The notes below the pieces were generated by a model, which made no database searches, was not told the DNA's origin, and saw only the letters and a list, made by a program, of their open reading frames with translations. 64,000 bases of DNA from Candidatus Jordarchaeales archaeon (GTDB lineage Archaea > Asgardarchaeota > Jordiarchaeia > Jordiarchaeales > Freyrarchaeaceae), in the NCBI GenBank assembly GCA_038858525.1, contig JAWCFL010000005.1, positions 9,192-73,191 on the forward strand. The letters run 5' to 3'. The translations under genes and the position numbers were made by a program. Within the stretch, counting starts at the first letter, position 1; the number at the start of each line of letters is the position of its first letter. Positions 29,365 through 37,867 of the stretch are shown piece by piece.

Positions 29365-30114
29365 ATGGTGAGTTGCATGACGGCTTCACAGCAAACGCCG
29401 CCTCAAAACGAAGAATCAGGCTTTAAAAATCAAAAGATAGTTGAATTGCTCGCGCCGGTCAGAGAGCAAGTTATCCGCTGCATCTTGGCAAGGTTCCCTA
29501 TGCGTGGATTAGAACAAATACTCCGTGAGACATTTGACAGTGCGGTTATCGAAAACATGATGCTTTTCTCCAGCCTCATTAACTCTGCCACTCAAGAAGG
29601 GGGTGGAGAGCTAAATGAGCACCAACTAAGAGAGAAACGGGAAGAAAAGCAGTTAAAGGCGGCAATGCTGGAAGCTAAAGAACTCTTGAGGAATCCCTCC
29701 TCAGAGAGTGAAGAGAGAGAAGAATCATTAAAAGAGGACCTTTCACGTTTAAAGAAGGAGATTGATCGCTTAATTCTTGAGCTGAAAATTAAAGATAGAA
29801 AACTTAGGAGGCAGGAGAAGCTTTTAGAGAAATTGCGTGCAATCGCTGAAAACGGGCTGGTTATACCTGTCCTCGAGAATAATTTGCCGTCTAACCCTGA
29901 AATTATTTCATTCTGGAAACGTGTAAGTGATTTCCTGGAGAAGGATCCGAAGTTCAAAATTCTACGTCTTCTTTTGAGTGTGAAAGAAGCTACCGTAAAC
30001 GGCATTTACCAGTCAGTTGGAACGCAGAGAGAAATGGTAGCGAAATGTCTTGAGGAGATGAAAAACGCGAACCTAATAAAAGTTACAGGGGAAAGCATAA
30101 GTCTGAACTTATAG
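29365..30114 (+). CDS. coiled-coil protein with a C-terminal winged-helix-like domain (module B, Y-type; paralog of 22450..23136)
   Basis: 249 aa. Coiled coil 'REKREEKQLKAAMLEAKELL...'. C-terminal 'PKFKILRLLLSVKEATVNGIYQSVGTQREMVAKCLEEMKNANLIKV'. Confidence 0.55.
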   Translation: MVSCMTASQQTPPQNEESGFKNQKIVELLAPVREQVIRCILARFPMRGLEQILRETFDSAVIENMMLFSSLINSATQEGGGELNEHQLREKREEKQLKAAMLEAKELLRNPSSESEEREESLKEDLSRLKKEIDRLILELKIKDRKLRRQEKLLEKLRAIAENGLVIPVLENNLPSNPEIISFWKRVSDFLEKDPKFKILRLLLSVKEATVNGIYQSVGTQREMVAKCLEEMKNANLIKVTGESISLNL

Positions 30115-30115
30115 C

Positions 30116-30442
30116 TCACCGTTGTCCTCTAACCTTAAGTTGGTTAAGCGGTATTCTGTAAGCTCCTTCCCTATCTGATACTATAGGTGGAGCACCCTTA
30201 AAAAGGGCTTCAAGGTCTATTTCAAATACTCCTCTATGCAGAATTCTTACAGTTTCTACCTTCTCCCTATTTTGCCTTATTGGAAGCAGGTTCTTTTCTT
30301 CCTCCCTTTTTTCCTCCTCTTTTCCTTCGCGCACGAGTTTGAAGACGTTAGAACCACATGCCGGGCAGCTCAGCTTGCTGTACCCTTCAGGTATCCTTTC
30401 GCCACATGCTACACAGACGTTGTAGAAGTTCACTTCGTGCAC
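30116..30442 (-). CDS. Zn-ribbon protein (gene 3 of the GTPase triad)
   Basis: 108 aa. 'CVACGERIPEGYSKLSCPACGS'. Confidence 0.55.
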   Translation of the reverse strand: MHEVNFYNVCVACGERIPEGYSKLSCPACGSNVFKLVREGKEEEKREEEKNLLPIRQNREKVETVRILHRGVFEIDLEALFKGAPPIVSDREGAYRIPLNQLKVRGQR

Positions 30443-30747
30443 CCCGCCACGTACATCAGGGATATAAAGTCTCCTTCCTTTGTTACCGCCACAATGTCGG
30501 ATGGCGCTACAACGGTTATTTTGCCCCCTTTCTTCTCTCCATTAAAAGTGATCACTTCTATCCCGTTAAACTCCTTGAAGTCGATCTCCAGCATGGTTTC
30601 CTTTATGAGTTCAGCTTGCTCCTCGGGTTTCAGCCTCTCCTCCAAAACAAGTATACTTTTTCCCTTCACTCTCTCAATGATCATTTTAACCTTATCATTG
30701 GGGCTTAATCTCCTAGTAACCTTCTCGGAGATTATATCTATCTTCAA
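30430..30747 (-). CDS. small conserved hypothetical protein (gene 2 of the GTPase triad)
   Basis: 105 aa. Translationally coupled (overlapping) with the flanking genes. Confidence 0.5.
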   Translation of the reverse strand: MKIDIISEKVTRRLSPNDKVKMIIERVKGKSILVLEERLKPEEQAELIKETMLEIDFKEFNGIEVITFNGEKKGGKITVVAPSDIVAVTKEGDFISLMYVAGCTK

Positions 30748-30760
30748 GGCGTCACTCCTC

Positions 30761-31366
30761 CTAGCAGGACTCCGCTATTGCCTTGTAAAGCTCCTCCATA
30801 TTGTCTCCCCGGAGGGCGGATACACATACAACCTTGTAGCCTGGGAAAGATTCCCTTATAAGTTCAGGCCGAGCCTCTGGAAGGTCGATCTTGTTTGCGA
30901 CGAGGATCGTCGGTATCCTCTTAGCCTTCAAATTCCCTAGTATTATGAGGTTAACTTGGTCAAAGGGAACTTTTGTCGCATCAAAAACCGTTAAAGCTAG
31001 GTCTATGTTGTCGAGCCACTGTATGGCCTCTATGACACCACGCGTGGCCTCCTTAGCTCTCTCTACAGCCTCCTCCTCATTCAATCCGTATTTCATGAAG
31101 TCTCTATAATCTACCTTGCTAGCTATTCCCGGCATGTCAACTAGGTCTACGTTAACTCCCTTGCCGTTAAACCTTATGTTAACCTGTCTAGCAATAGTCG
31201 CCTTTCTTGTCTCGTGAGGTATAGGCGATACGGTGCCAATCTCAACACCCAAAAAATCCAAGGATATTCTGTTGGCAAGTGTTGTCTTACCTGCATTGGG
31301 CGCCCCATAAACCCCTAAAACTAAGCTCTGCCTCTTCTTAAGCATCCTCGAAATCTTGTCGAGCAA
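30761..31366 (-). CDS. small GTP-binding protein (Era/EngB-like P-loop GTPase)
   Basis: G1 'GAPNAGKTT', G3 'DMPG', G4 'ANKID', G5 'SAL'. Confidence 0.75.
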   Translation of the reverse strand: MLDKISRMLKKRQSLVLGVYGAPNAGKTTLANRISLDFLGVEIGTVSPIPHETRKATIARQVNIRFNGKGVNVDLVDMPGIASKVDYRDFMKYGLNEEEAVERAKEATRGVIEAIQWLDNIDLALTVFDATKVPFDQVNLIILGNLKAKRIPTILVANKIDLPEARPELIRESFPGYKVVCVSALRGDNMEELYKAIAESC

Positions 31367-31510
31367 GTATACCCCCTCATAACCCTTTAACTAGAGCGCT
31401 CTTAATAGCCGGAAACCTCGCTAAACTATATAAGTGGAAAATGGTTTTAAGTGTGAATAATACTTTGAAAACATTAATCGTACTCTAAGTGGCCACGTGG
31501 AGGCTTTTAG

Positions 31511-32032
31511 TTGTCGAGGAAGAAGATGGTACGGCTAGCTTTCCTTTTTCTCGTTGCCGCATCCTTTATCGCCGGGCTAATTCCAACTGGATTAGCTTCC
31601 TTACTAGGGCTCAATGCAACAAAAATATACTTCGCTCCGTTAAACCAATCAGTTGAACTTCCACCCCCATGGGATACCTTCTACTACTCTTACCCTGTAG
31701 TCCTTAGCTATAACGGATACATGCTAGACCTTAACGTGATCCTAATAGTGGACGTAAGGAAGGGATCCCCATACGGAGAACTTGCCGGTGACCATAGTTT
31801 TGCATACGACGTAGCCCTGTTCATGCAGCCCGGAAGCGTGAGGCTTTTGAACATCTCCCTCACTGTTCCCGCATCTGAGATCGAAGCAGCAGCTAAGGGT
31901 AGCCCTCTCTGGATGACCGTAACCACCGTGGCGTGGTTCACCAGTTGGTTCATGGGAAGCATCCAAATCATAACGCCAACCATTATTAGAACCGTTATAC
32001 CATTACATTTGCTGCTTGCAAAGGAGGGATAA
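31511..32032 (+). CDS. secreted or membrane-anchored hypothetical protein
   Basis: N-terminal signal/TM segment 'LAFLFLVAASFIAGLIPTGLA'. Confidence 0.45.
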   Translation: MSRKKMVRLAFLFLVAASFIAGLIPTGLASLLGLNATKIYFAPLNQSVELPPPWDTFYYSYPVVLSYNGYMLDLNVILIVDVRKGSPYGELAGDHSFAYDVALFMQPGSVRLLNISLTVPASEIEAAAKGSPLWMTVTTVAWFTSWFMGSIQIITPTIIRTVIPLHLLLAKEG

Positions 32033-32034
32033 CC

Positions 32035-32487
32035 ATGAAGGATCAGCTCAATAGGCCCGCTGTGAGAGCTTTCCTCGTGGCGTCCTTAACATTTCTCTCG
32101 ACGGCTGTGGCACCAGCCCTAGGAAAGAGCCTCGCAGAACAGCTCAACTTATTCATTCAACTTCTGGATCCACTCCTAATAGGAGCAATAGGCACCCTTA
32201 TGAGCGTCATCGTCTTCTTGGACAACTTCTTCCGCCGCTCAAAACCTGCTCTGAGCGGGGTTCTAGGCGCACTTAACAACCTTGTCGGTTTAATCTATCT
32301 GCTGGTCTTCGCCGAGATGCTAACCAGCATAAACATACCTGTAATGCAGATTCTCTACAGCTCTTTAACTTTTGTAACCATAAATTATCAGCCAGTAATT
32401 AGCCTCGCCATAATAGCGTTCGCCACCAGGATGTTACGGCACTCCTACCAAATACTTTTTCACGAGCAATTAAAAGAAACACTCTAG
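32035..32487 (+). CDS. small polytopic membrane protein
   Basis: 150 aa with about four hydrophobic helices. Directly follows 31511..32032. Confidence 0.45.
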   Translation: MKDQLNRPAVRAFLVASLTFLSTAVAPALGKSLAEQLNLFIQLLDPLLIGAIGTLMSVIVFLDNFFRRSKPALSGVLGALNNLVGLIYLLVFAEMLTSINIPVMQILYSSLTFVTINYQPVISLAIIAFATRMLRHSYQILFHEQLKETL

Positions 32488-32564
32488 GCGAGTTAATTTT
32501 ATTTTTCCATTATGTTTTCCCTTTAACTCGGAAGATAAAACAGCGTTTTTAGCGTATTTAGCGT

Positions 32565-33950
32565 ATGGGGGGTTACGGGTTGGTGGAGATCAAAGAAATC
32601 CTCCCTGGACGCTTCGAGAGGATAGGAGCCCACTCCCACATAAAGGGGCTTGGGCTACGTGGGCTCAAAGCTGAATTAGTTGCTGACGGTATGGTTGGCC
32701 AAACCGAGGCAAGGGAAGCGGCGGGCATAGTGGTCAGAATGATAAGAGAAGGCAAAATGGCTGGAAGAGCTGTGCTTCTAGCGGGTCCACCCGGAACAGG
32801 CAAGACCGCTATCGCCATTGCCATAGCCAAGGAGCTCGGGCCTGATGTTCCAGTCGTGATGATCACGGGGTCAGAAATATATTCTGAGGAGATCAAGAAG
32901 ACAGAGATCCTGACGCAAGTGATGCGGAAAGCGATAGGCGTCAGGATACATGAAATGAAGAAGATATACGAAGGTGTCGTCAAGAGCTTGGATGTGACTA
33001 TGGCCAAAAACCCCTACAACCCGTACCAGCAGGTCCCTCAGTCAGCAAAAGTAACCATTGCTACGAAGGACGAGTCGAAGACGTTCGAGGTTGGACAGAC
33101 GATAGCTATACGCCTGATCAATGAAGGCGTCAGCGTGGGCGACGTCATAATGATAGATGCAGAAACAGGCAGGGTTACCCGCCTCGGAAAGGCTGAGTCA
33201 CCTGAAGTCAAGCGGTATGACATAGAAGCGGAGAAGCCCATTCCGGTTCCAACAGGTCCCATACTGAAGGAAAAGGAGTTCGTTTACACGTTAACCCTCC
33301 ACGACCTCGACGAGATAAACGCTAGGAGAAGTAGCTTTTCAATATTCAGCATATTCGGAGGCGGAAGAGAAGAGAAAGAGATCGATCCTGAGATACGAGA
33401 AAGAGTAAATCAAATGGTGAAAAGCATGGTCGAAGAGGGACGGGCGGAGATACTGCCAGGCGTCTGCTTCATCGACGAAAGCCACATGCTCGACATTGAA
33501 GCATACAGCTTCATAGCCAGAGCAATGGAGTCTGACCTAGCGCCAATAATAATACTCGCGTCGAACAGGGGCTTCACTAAGATAAGAGGAACAGAGCTGG
33601 TGTCACCACACGGAATGCCACTCGACCTGCTAGACAGGCTCCTCATAATAAACACTCGGCCATACAACGAGGAGGAAATCAGGGAAATACTCAAAATAAG
33701 AGCAAAGGAAGAAAAGATAGAGATAGAAGAGGAAGCCCTAGAATACCTAACCCAAATAGGGGTAAAGACTAGTCTCCGTTACGCTGTGCAGCTCCTAACG
33801 CCAAGCATGGAACATGCTAAAGAGGCGGGACACAAGAAAATAACTAAAGAAGATGTGCAGTGGGTGGAGAAACTCTTCGCCGATGTCAAGCGCTCAGCTA
33901 ACTATGTGAGAAACCTAGAAAGAGAATTCATGATTTCAGAGCCAGCATAA
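32565..33950 (+). CDS. TIP49 (RuvB-like 1/2) AAA+ ATPase
   Basis: 461 aa. 'HSHIKGLGL', Walker A '[11 protein letters not shown]', an inserted OB-like domain, Walker B 'FIDESHMLD'. Confidence 0.85.
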   Translation: MGGYGLVEIKEILPGRFERIGAHSHIKGLGLRGLKAELVADGMVGQTEAREAAGIVVRMIREGKMAGRAVLLAGPPGTGKTAIAIAIAKELGPDVPVVMITGSEIYSEEIKKTEILTQVMRKAIGVRIHEMKKIYEGVVKSLDVTMAKNPYNPYQQVPQSAKVTIATKDESKTFEVGQTIAIRLINEGVSVGDVIMIDAETGRVTRLGKAESPEVKRYDIEAEKPIPVPTGPILKEKEFVYTLTLHDLDEINARRSSFSIFSIFGGGREEKEIDPEIRERVNQMVKSMVEEGRAEILPGVCFIDESHMLDIEAYSFIARAMESDLAPIIILASNRGFTKIRGTELVSPHGMPLDLLDRLLIINTRPYNEEEIREILKIRAKEEKIEIEEEALEYLTQIGVKTSLRYAVQLLTPSMEHAKEAGHKKITKEDVQWVEKLFADVKRSANYVRNLEREFMISEPA

Positions 33951-34575
33951 AAAGAAGCCTAATGTCTCAACGATTCCTGACGAAACCATTTCTTTATTAG
34001 CTTATTAACCCTCGATGAATCCTGCACTCACCCGCCTCTCGAAGCTAGCCATCTTCAGCTAAAAATCATTTAGTCTCAGCTCCTCCGGATCACTCGTAAG
34101 TTCAGGTTCAAGCAAGATAGTGCTTGATTGATGAATTCACTCTGAGAACATCTATTTTGCTCATCTCTTTTTAACGGATAAAGCTTCCCTCCACATAATC
34201 TAAACAGAATATACTTATGAGTGAATTGCACGAAAACCGAAGTCTCCAAAAAATATTCTCGCCAAAACAGCCGAATACGCGAACATAAACGGAAACCCGA
34301 CGAGAGACCTTTTAGTGTAAAACCACCACTAAAAACATGAAGCGACCTTAAATGAAAATAACTCTCCAAATAAACATTGAAGAATAGAATTAGGAGACGA
34401 ATTATACAGGTAAGCAATTTTTTCAATTCCAAAGAAAATTTCGTTTTTTGTCGCCATCAAATGTTTGCTATCTGTTTTTCGTCATTTCGTTAAGAAGTAA
34501 ACGAAAAAGAAGCTTAAGTTTCTTTAATTAATTCTTTCGTAAGTTTTTTGGCTTATCTCGCTCTTTTCTTTTTGG

Positions 34576-35598
34576 GTGACCATCGTGTTTAGACGCGTCC
34601 TTTGGTCCTCCATTCTTCTTGACCCTAGACGGAGCTTCGAGCGCGTATCCCTACCTATTGAGGCTAGGTTTGACCCGCTCACTGGAAGAGTATGCATAAT
34701 ATCGGAGCTACGCTTCAGCCTCCCTGCAAAGACTGACTTCTCAGAGATAGCTAAAGCCACAGAGATGTTCTGTCCCTTCTGTCCCGCGAGAGTCGAAACA
34801 GCTACCCCGATGTTCCCGGAGGAATTCATACCTAATGGAAGAATAAGGATCGGAGAAGCAGTAGTGGTGCCCAACCTTATGCCTTACTCTCAGTATAGCG
34901 CTGTAACAGTGATATGCCAGAAGCACTTCGTCAAGATGACTGAGTTCACGCAGAAAGTTCTAGCTGATGCATTCTTAGCATCGCAAGAATACCTCAAAAG
35001 AGTAGCGCTACATGACAGGTCACAGAAACACTTCCTCATAAACTGGAACTTCATGCCCCCCTCAGGAGGAAGCATAATTCACCCTCATCTTCAACCGGTA
35101 AGCTACGAGGAACCAATGGGATACTATGCAAGGCAACTTGAAGACTCCAAAAAGTTCCACGAAAATCACGGTTACAATTTCTGGGAGCACCTCGTTGAGG
35201 AAGAAAAACGGCTAGGAGAAAGATACCTTGGAGCAACAGGCGCCATACACTGGATTACAGCATTCGCCCCGAGAAGCTACCTCTTCGAAGTAATTGCTGT
35301 ATTCCCCAAAAAAACATCAATCTTAGAGCTCGAACAAAGCGACATAGAAAACTTCGCCAATGGACTCGTCAGAATCCTAAATTACATGGACACCCAGAAC
35401 ATTTCCAGCTTCAACCTCACCCTCCAATCAGGACCACTAAACGAACACCACTACAGAGTCAACGCCTCAATAATACCCCGATTCACACTACCACCACTAG
35501 GCACATCAGACACAGCATCCCTCCGCGCACTAAACGACCTATCAGTATGCTACAAGAAACCAGAAACCACATGCAATGAGCTCAAACAATACTTCTAA
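34576..35598 (+). CDS. galactose-1-phosphate uridylyltransferase-like nucleotidyltransferase (HIT superfamily)
   Basis: 'FCPFCP' Zn motif and the 'SIIHPHLQ' HxH active-site motif. Confidence 0.7.
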   Translation: MTIVFRRVLWSSILLDPRRSFERVSLPIEARFDPLTGRVCIISELRFSLPAKTDFSEIAKATEMFCPFCPARVETATPMFPEEFIPNGRIRIGEAVVVPNLMPYSQYSAVTVICQKHFVKMTEFTQKVLADAFLASQEYLKRVALHDRSQKHFLINWNFMPPSGGSIIHPHLQPVSYEEPMGYYARQLEDSKKFHENHGYNFWEHLVEEEKRLGERYLGATGAIHWITAFAPRSYLFEVIAVFPKKTSILELEQSDIENFANGLVRILNYMDTQNISSFNLTLQSGPLNEHHYRVNASIIPRFTLPPLGTSDTASLRALNDLSVCYKKPETTCNELKQYF

Positions 35599-35670
35599 AG
35601 CACACACGAAGCCAACCGAGAAAACCAAACTCTCCAGCAAAACAATCACTCAACAAACAAGAACAAATAG

Positions 35671-35755
35671 CGGCCCCGAGGGGATTCGAACCCCCGACAC
35701 CCGGCTTAGGAGGCCGGTACCCTCTCAGAACACATCCTGGCTGGGTTACGGGGCC
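35671..35755 (-). tRNA. tRNA-Arg(CCU) with a ~10-nt insertion in the D-arm (non-canonical intron)
   Basis: Reverse complement GGCCCCG-UA-...-CCGGC-CUCCUAA-GCCGG-GUGUC-GGGGG-UUCGAAU-CCCCU-CGGGGCC-G. Perfect 7-bp acceptor and anticodon CCU. The D region is ~10 nt too long. Confidence 0.75.
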
Positions 35756-35855
35756 ACAACCAATAAAATCCTAAACCTCGCACTTTTTTAACTCTTTTCC
35801 CCCGAAGCTACGAGAAAAATTTAAGTATGATAGCCGCTTTTACCCAGACTTGGGC

Positions 35856-35952
35856 GCGGGCGTAGTCCAGCCTGGTCTAAGACGTCGGCCTGCCACGCCG
35901 AGGACCCGGGCGGCTAACACAAAGCCAGGGACTTCAAATCCCGGCGCCCGCA
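35856..35952 (+). tRNA. tRNA-Gly(GCC) with a 22-nt intron at the T-stem/T-loop junction (53/54)
   Basis: Acceptor GCGGGCG/CGCCCGC. Anticodon arm UCGGC-CUGCCAC-GCCGA. T-stem CCGGG (35906-35910) and CCCGG (35940-35944) with the UUCAAAU loop at 35933-35939. The 22 nt at 35911-35932 are intervening. Confidence 0.75.
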
Positions 35953-36100
35953 TTCTTAAATTCGTTTAATTTTCATATGAGTTGTTATAGTGATTGTTAC
36001 TCGTCACTTACCCTCTTCTCTTTGACCTGTTTGTGTTATCTGTGCAGTTTCTGAGATAAGTTTTTGCTTCTTTTCGAGATAAGAAGAAAAAGTGTGAGTG

Positions 36101-36937
36101 TTATATTCTTGTTTTCAGCCATTGGTCTATGTCTTCGAGGACTTTCTTTTTTTCTATCTCGTTGAGTATTTCGTGGTACATACCGTTGTAGACTTTCATT
36201 GTAATTTTTCCTTTTTTTGCTTTCTCTGCTAGTTCCATGCTTCCTTTAGGGTTAACCAGTTTGTCTTCTCCAGCTACTAATAGTAATGTTGGAACTTCGA
36301 GTTTGTCGGCGTTTTCAAGGATCATGTTCATGGCCCTGACAAACTCTACAACGAATCTGACTGTGATTGTCTTGAATATTAGTGGGTCATTAGCGTAAGC
36401 TTCGCAGACCTTTTTGTCATGAGATAAAGTGTAAGGGTCTATTTGACTTGGGATCTCCTGTTTGGGGTTGGTTTTCGCGAGCTCCTCGAGCATTTTCAGA
36501 GTTCCAGCATCAATTTCGCTTGCGAGTCTCAAAGCTGGGGAGGAAAGGATCAAATAATCTATTTTGTTCGGGCTCTTAAGTGCGTACATTAAAGCTATTG
36601 TCCCACCCATACTGTGGCCGAGAAGAACGAATTTCTTTCCTGTCTCTTTTTTCTTAACTATACCGATGAAGGTGTCGAGGTCCTCTACGTAGTCATCAAA
36701 TCTATCCACATATCCCCTATCTCCCTCAGAGAGCCCATGGCCCCTGTGGTCTAGCGCGTAAAACGCGATTCCTTCGCTAGCGAAGTGCTCTGCTACATGT
36801 TTGTATCTTCCTGAGTACTCAGCTAAGCCATGCGCTAACACCATGACTGCTCTAACTTGCTCAGGTTTCCAAGACTGGTAATACAATTTTAATCCGCCTT
36901 TTCCCTTAAACTCTCCCTCCTCATGAACAACTTTCAA
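36101..36937 (-). CDS. alpha/beta hydrolase (lysophospholipase/monoacylglycerol lipase-like)
   Basis: 278 aa. 'HGLAEYSGRY', nucleophile elbow 'GHSMGG', and a C-terminal His. Confidence 0.8.
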   Translation of the reverse strand: MKVVHEEGEFKGKGGLKLYYQSWKPEQVRAVMVLAHGLAEYSGRYKHVAEHFASEGIAFYALDHRGHGLSEGDRGYVDRFDDYVEDLDTFIGIVKKKETGKKFVLLGHSMGGTIALMYALKSPNKIDYLILSSPALRLASEIDAGTLKMLEELAKTNPKQEIPSQIDPYTLSHDKKVCEAYANDPLIFKTITVRFVVEFVRAMNMILENADKLEVPTLLLVAGEDKLVNPKGSMELAEKAKKGKITMKVYNGMYHEILNEIEKKKVLEDIDQWLKTRI

Positions 36938-37203
36938 CTTTCATCCCTCCGTTTTCTCCTCTATCAAGAGCAATAAACTTCCAGTATCATTGTTAATTTA
37001 AAAATTTGGGTTCAACCTCCGTAAATTATGCTTTACTACCAAAAACGCTTATATTTGTCATCTTTGCTATTTTGTTATCTTGTGAGCTCTTTAAAGGGTG
37101 GAAAGTGGCTTCAAAAACGAGATGGATGAAGCTCCGTAACTATTTGCCCTAGCGCTCTTTTCCATCCTTAAAGAGCTAACTAGCAATGAAACATAGGTGA
37201 AGG

Positions 37204-37560
37204 TTGAAAATGTATATTAGAAATAGTAATAAGTCTGCGATTGCTCGCGTTGAGAGAGGCAGAATAATGACTAGTGGTGGAAGCACCCTCGGCTACGTCG
37301 AGAACGGCAGAGTAATGAACTCCAGTAGAAGCACGATAGGGTACGTAGAAAGAGGATACATAATGAACCCAAGTAGAAGTACCATAGGAAGATATGACAG
37401 AAGCAGAATTATGTCCTCATCTGGTTCAACTCGTTTTTATCTCGAAGGAAGAAGCATCATGGCAAGCAACCGGTCAACTATAGGTTACACAGACGAAAAC
37501 ATAGAAAACTACTTGGAAGAAGTGGTGGCTTACGTTGTCTTTTTTTCTAACTGGTGGTGA
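37204..37560 (+). CDS. small tandem-repeat protein with a C-terminal hydrophobic tail
   Basis: 118 aa with about 5-6 copies of a 16-aa repeat (S-T-I-G-Y-V-E-R-G-x-I-M-N-x-S-R) and a 'VVAYVVFFSNWW' tail. The 48-nt DNA periodicity is in frame. Confidence 0.45.
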   Translation: MKMYIRNSNKSAIARVERGRIMTSGGSTLGYVENGRVMNSSRSTIGYVERGYIMNPSRSTIGRYDRSRIMSSSGSTRFYLEGRSIMASNRSTIGYTDENIENYLEEVVAYVVFFSNWW

Positions 37561-37831
37561 AAAGCTCTCTTCCCCTCTTTTTCTTTTCCATGTTGTTTCC
37601 GTTTTCGGAAGCATCCCGAATTCTCGGTTGGCAGGATCGAAAATGGCTGTCCTTCCTCATATCGTAACAACCAATTTTTTGTCTTAAATCTGTCCAGAAG
37701 GGGATGCTAAGTCAAACCTTAATATCCCTTGTAATCCTATTAATTGCTAACTCCACTTTCCCTTAGACCTCTTTTTTCATGCTTTCACAGGCATACCTTA
37801 ATTCAATTTGGTATCAGGGAATAAAAGAAAG

Positions 37832-37840
37832 AAATATATA
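37832..37840 (+). promoter_or_regulatory. TATA box (AAATATATA) about 28 nt upstream of tRNA-Trp
   Basis: Spacing consistent with an archaeal promoter for the tRNA-Trp precursor. Confidence 0.4.
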
Positions 37841-37867
37841 ACGTAGCAGTGAAAGATTTCCCTTGAT

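Noticed and set aside
34076-34874. ORFs 34076..34432(-) and 34524..34874(-)
   Set aside because: They sit in the AT-rich spacer or overlap the start of the GalT-like gene on the opposite strand. Low complexity with no motifs.
35576-35791. ORF 35576..35791(+)
   Set aside because: It runs antisense through tRNA-Arg(CCU). Spurious.
37204-37560. Possible CRISPR array suggested by the 48-nt nucleotide periodicity
   Set aside because: The repeats are in frame within an ORF, are near-identical in both 'repeat' and 'spacer' portions, and have no partially conserved palindromic repeat/unique spacer structure. No cas genes nearby.
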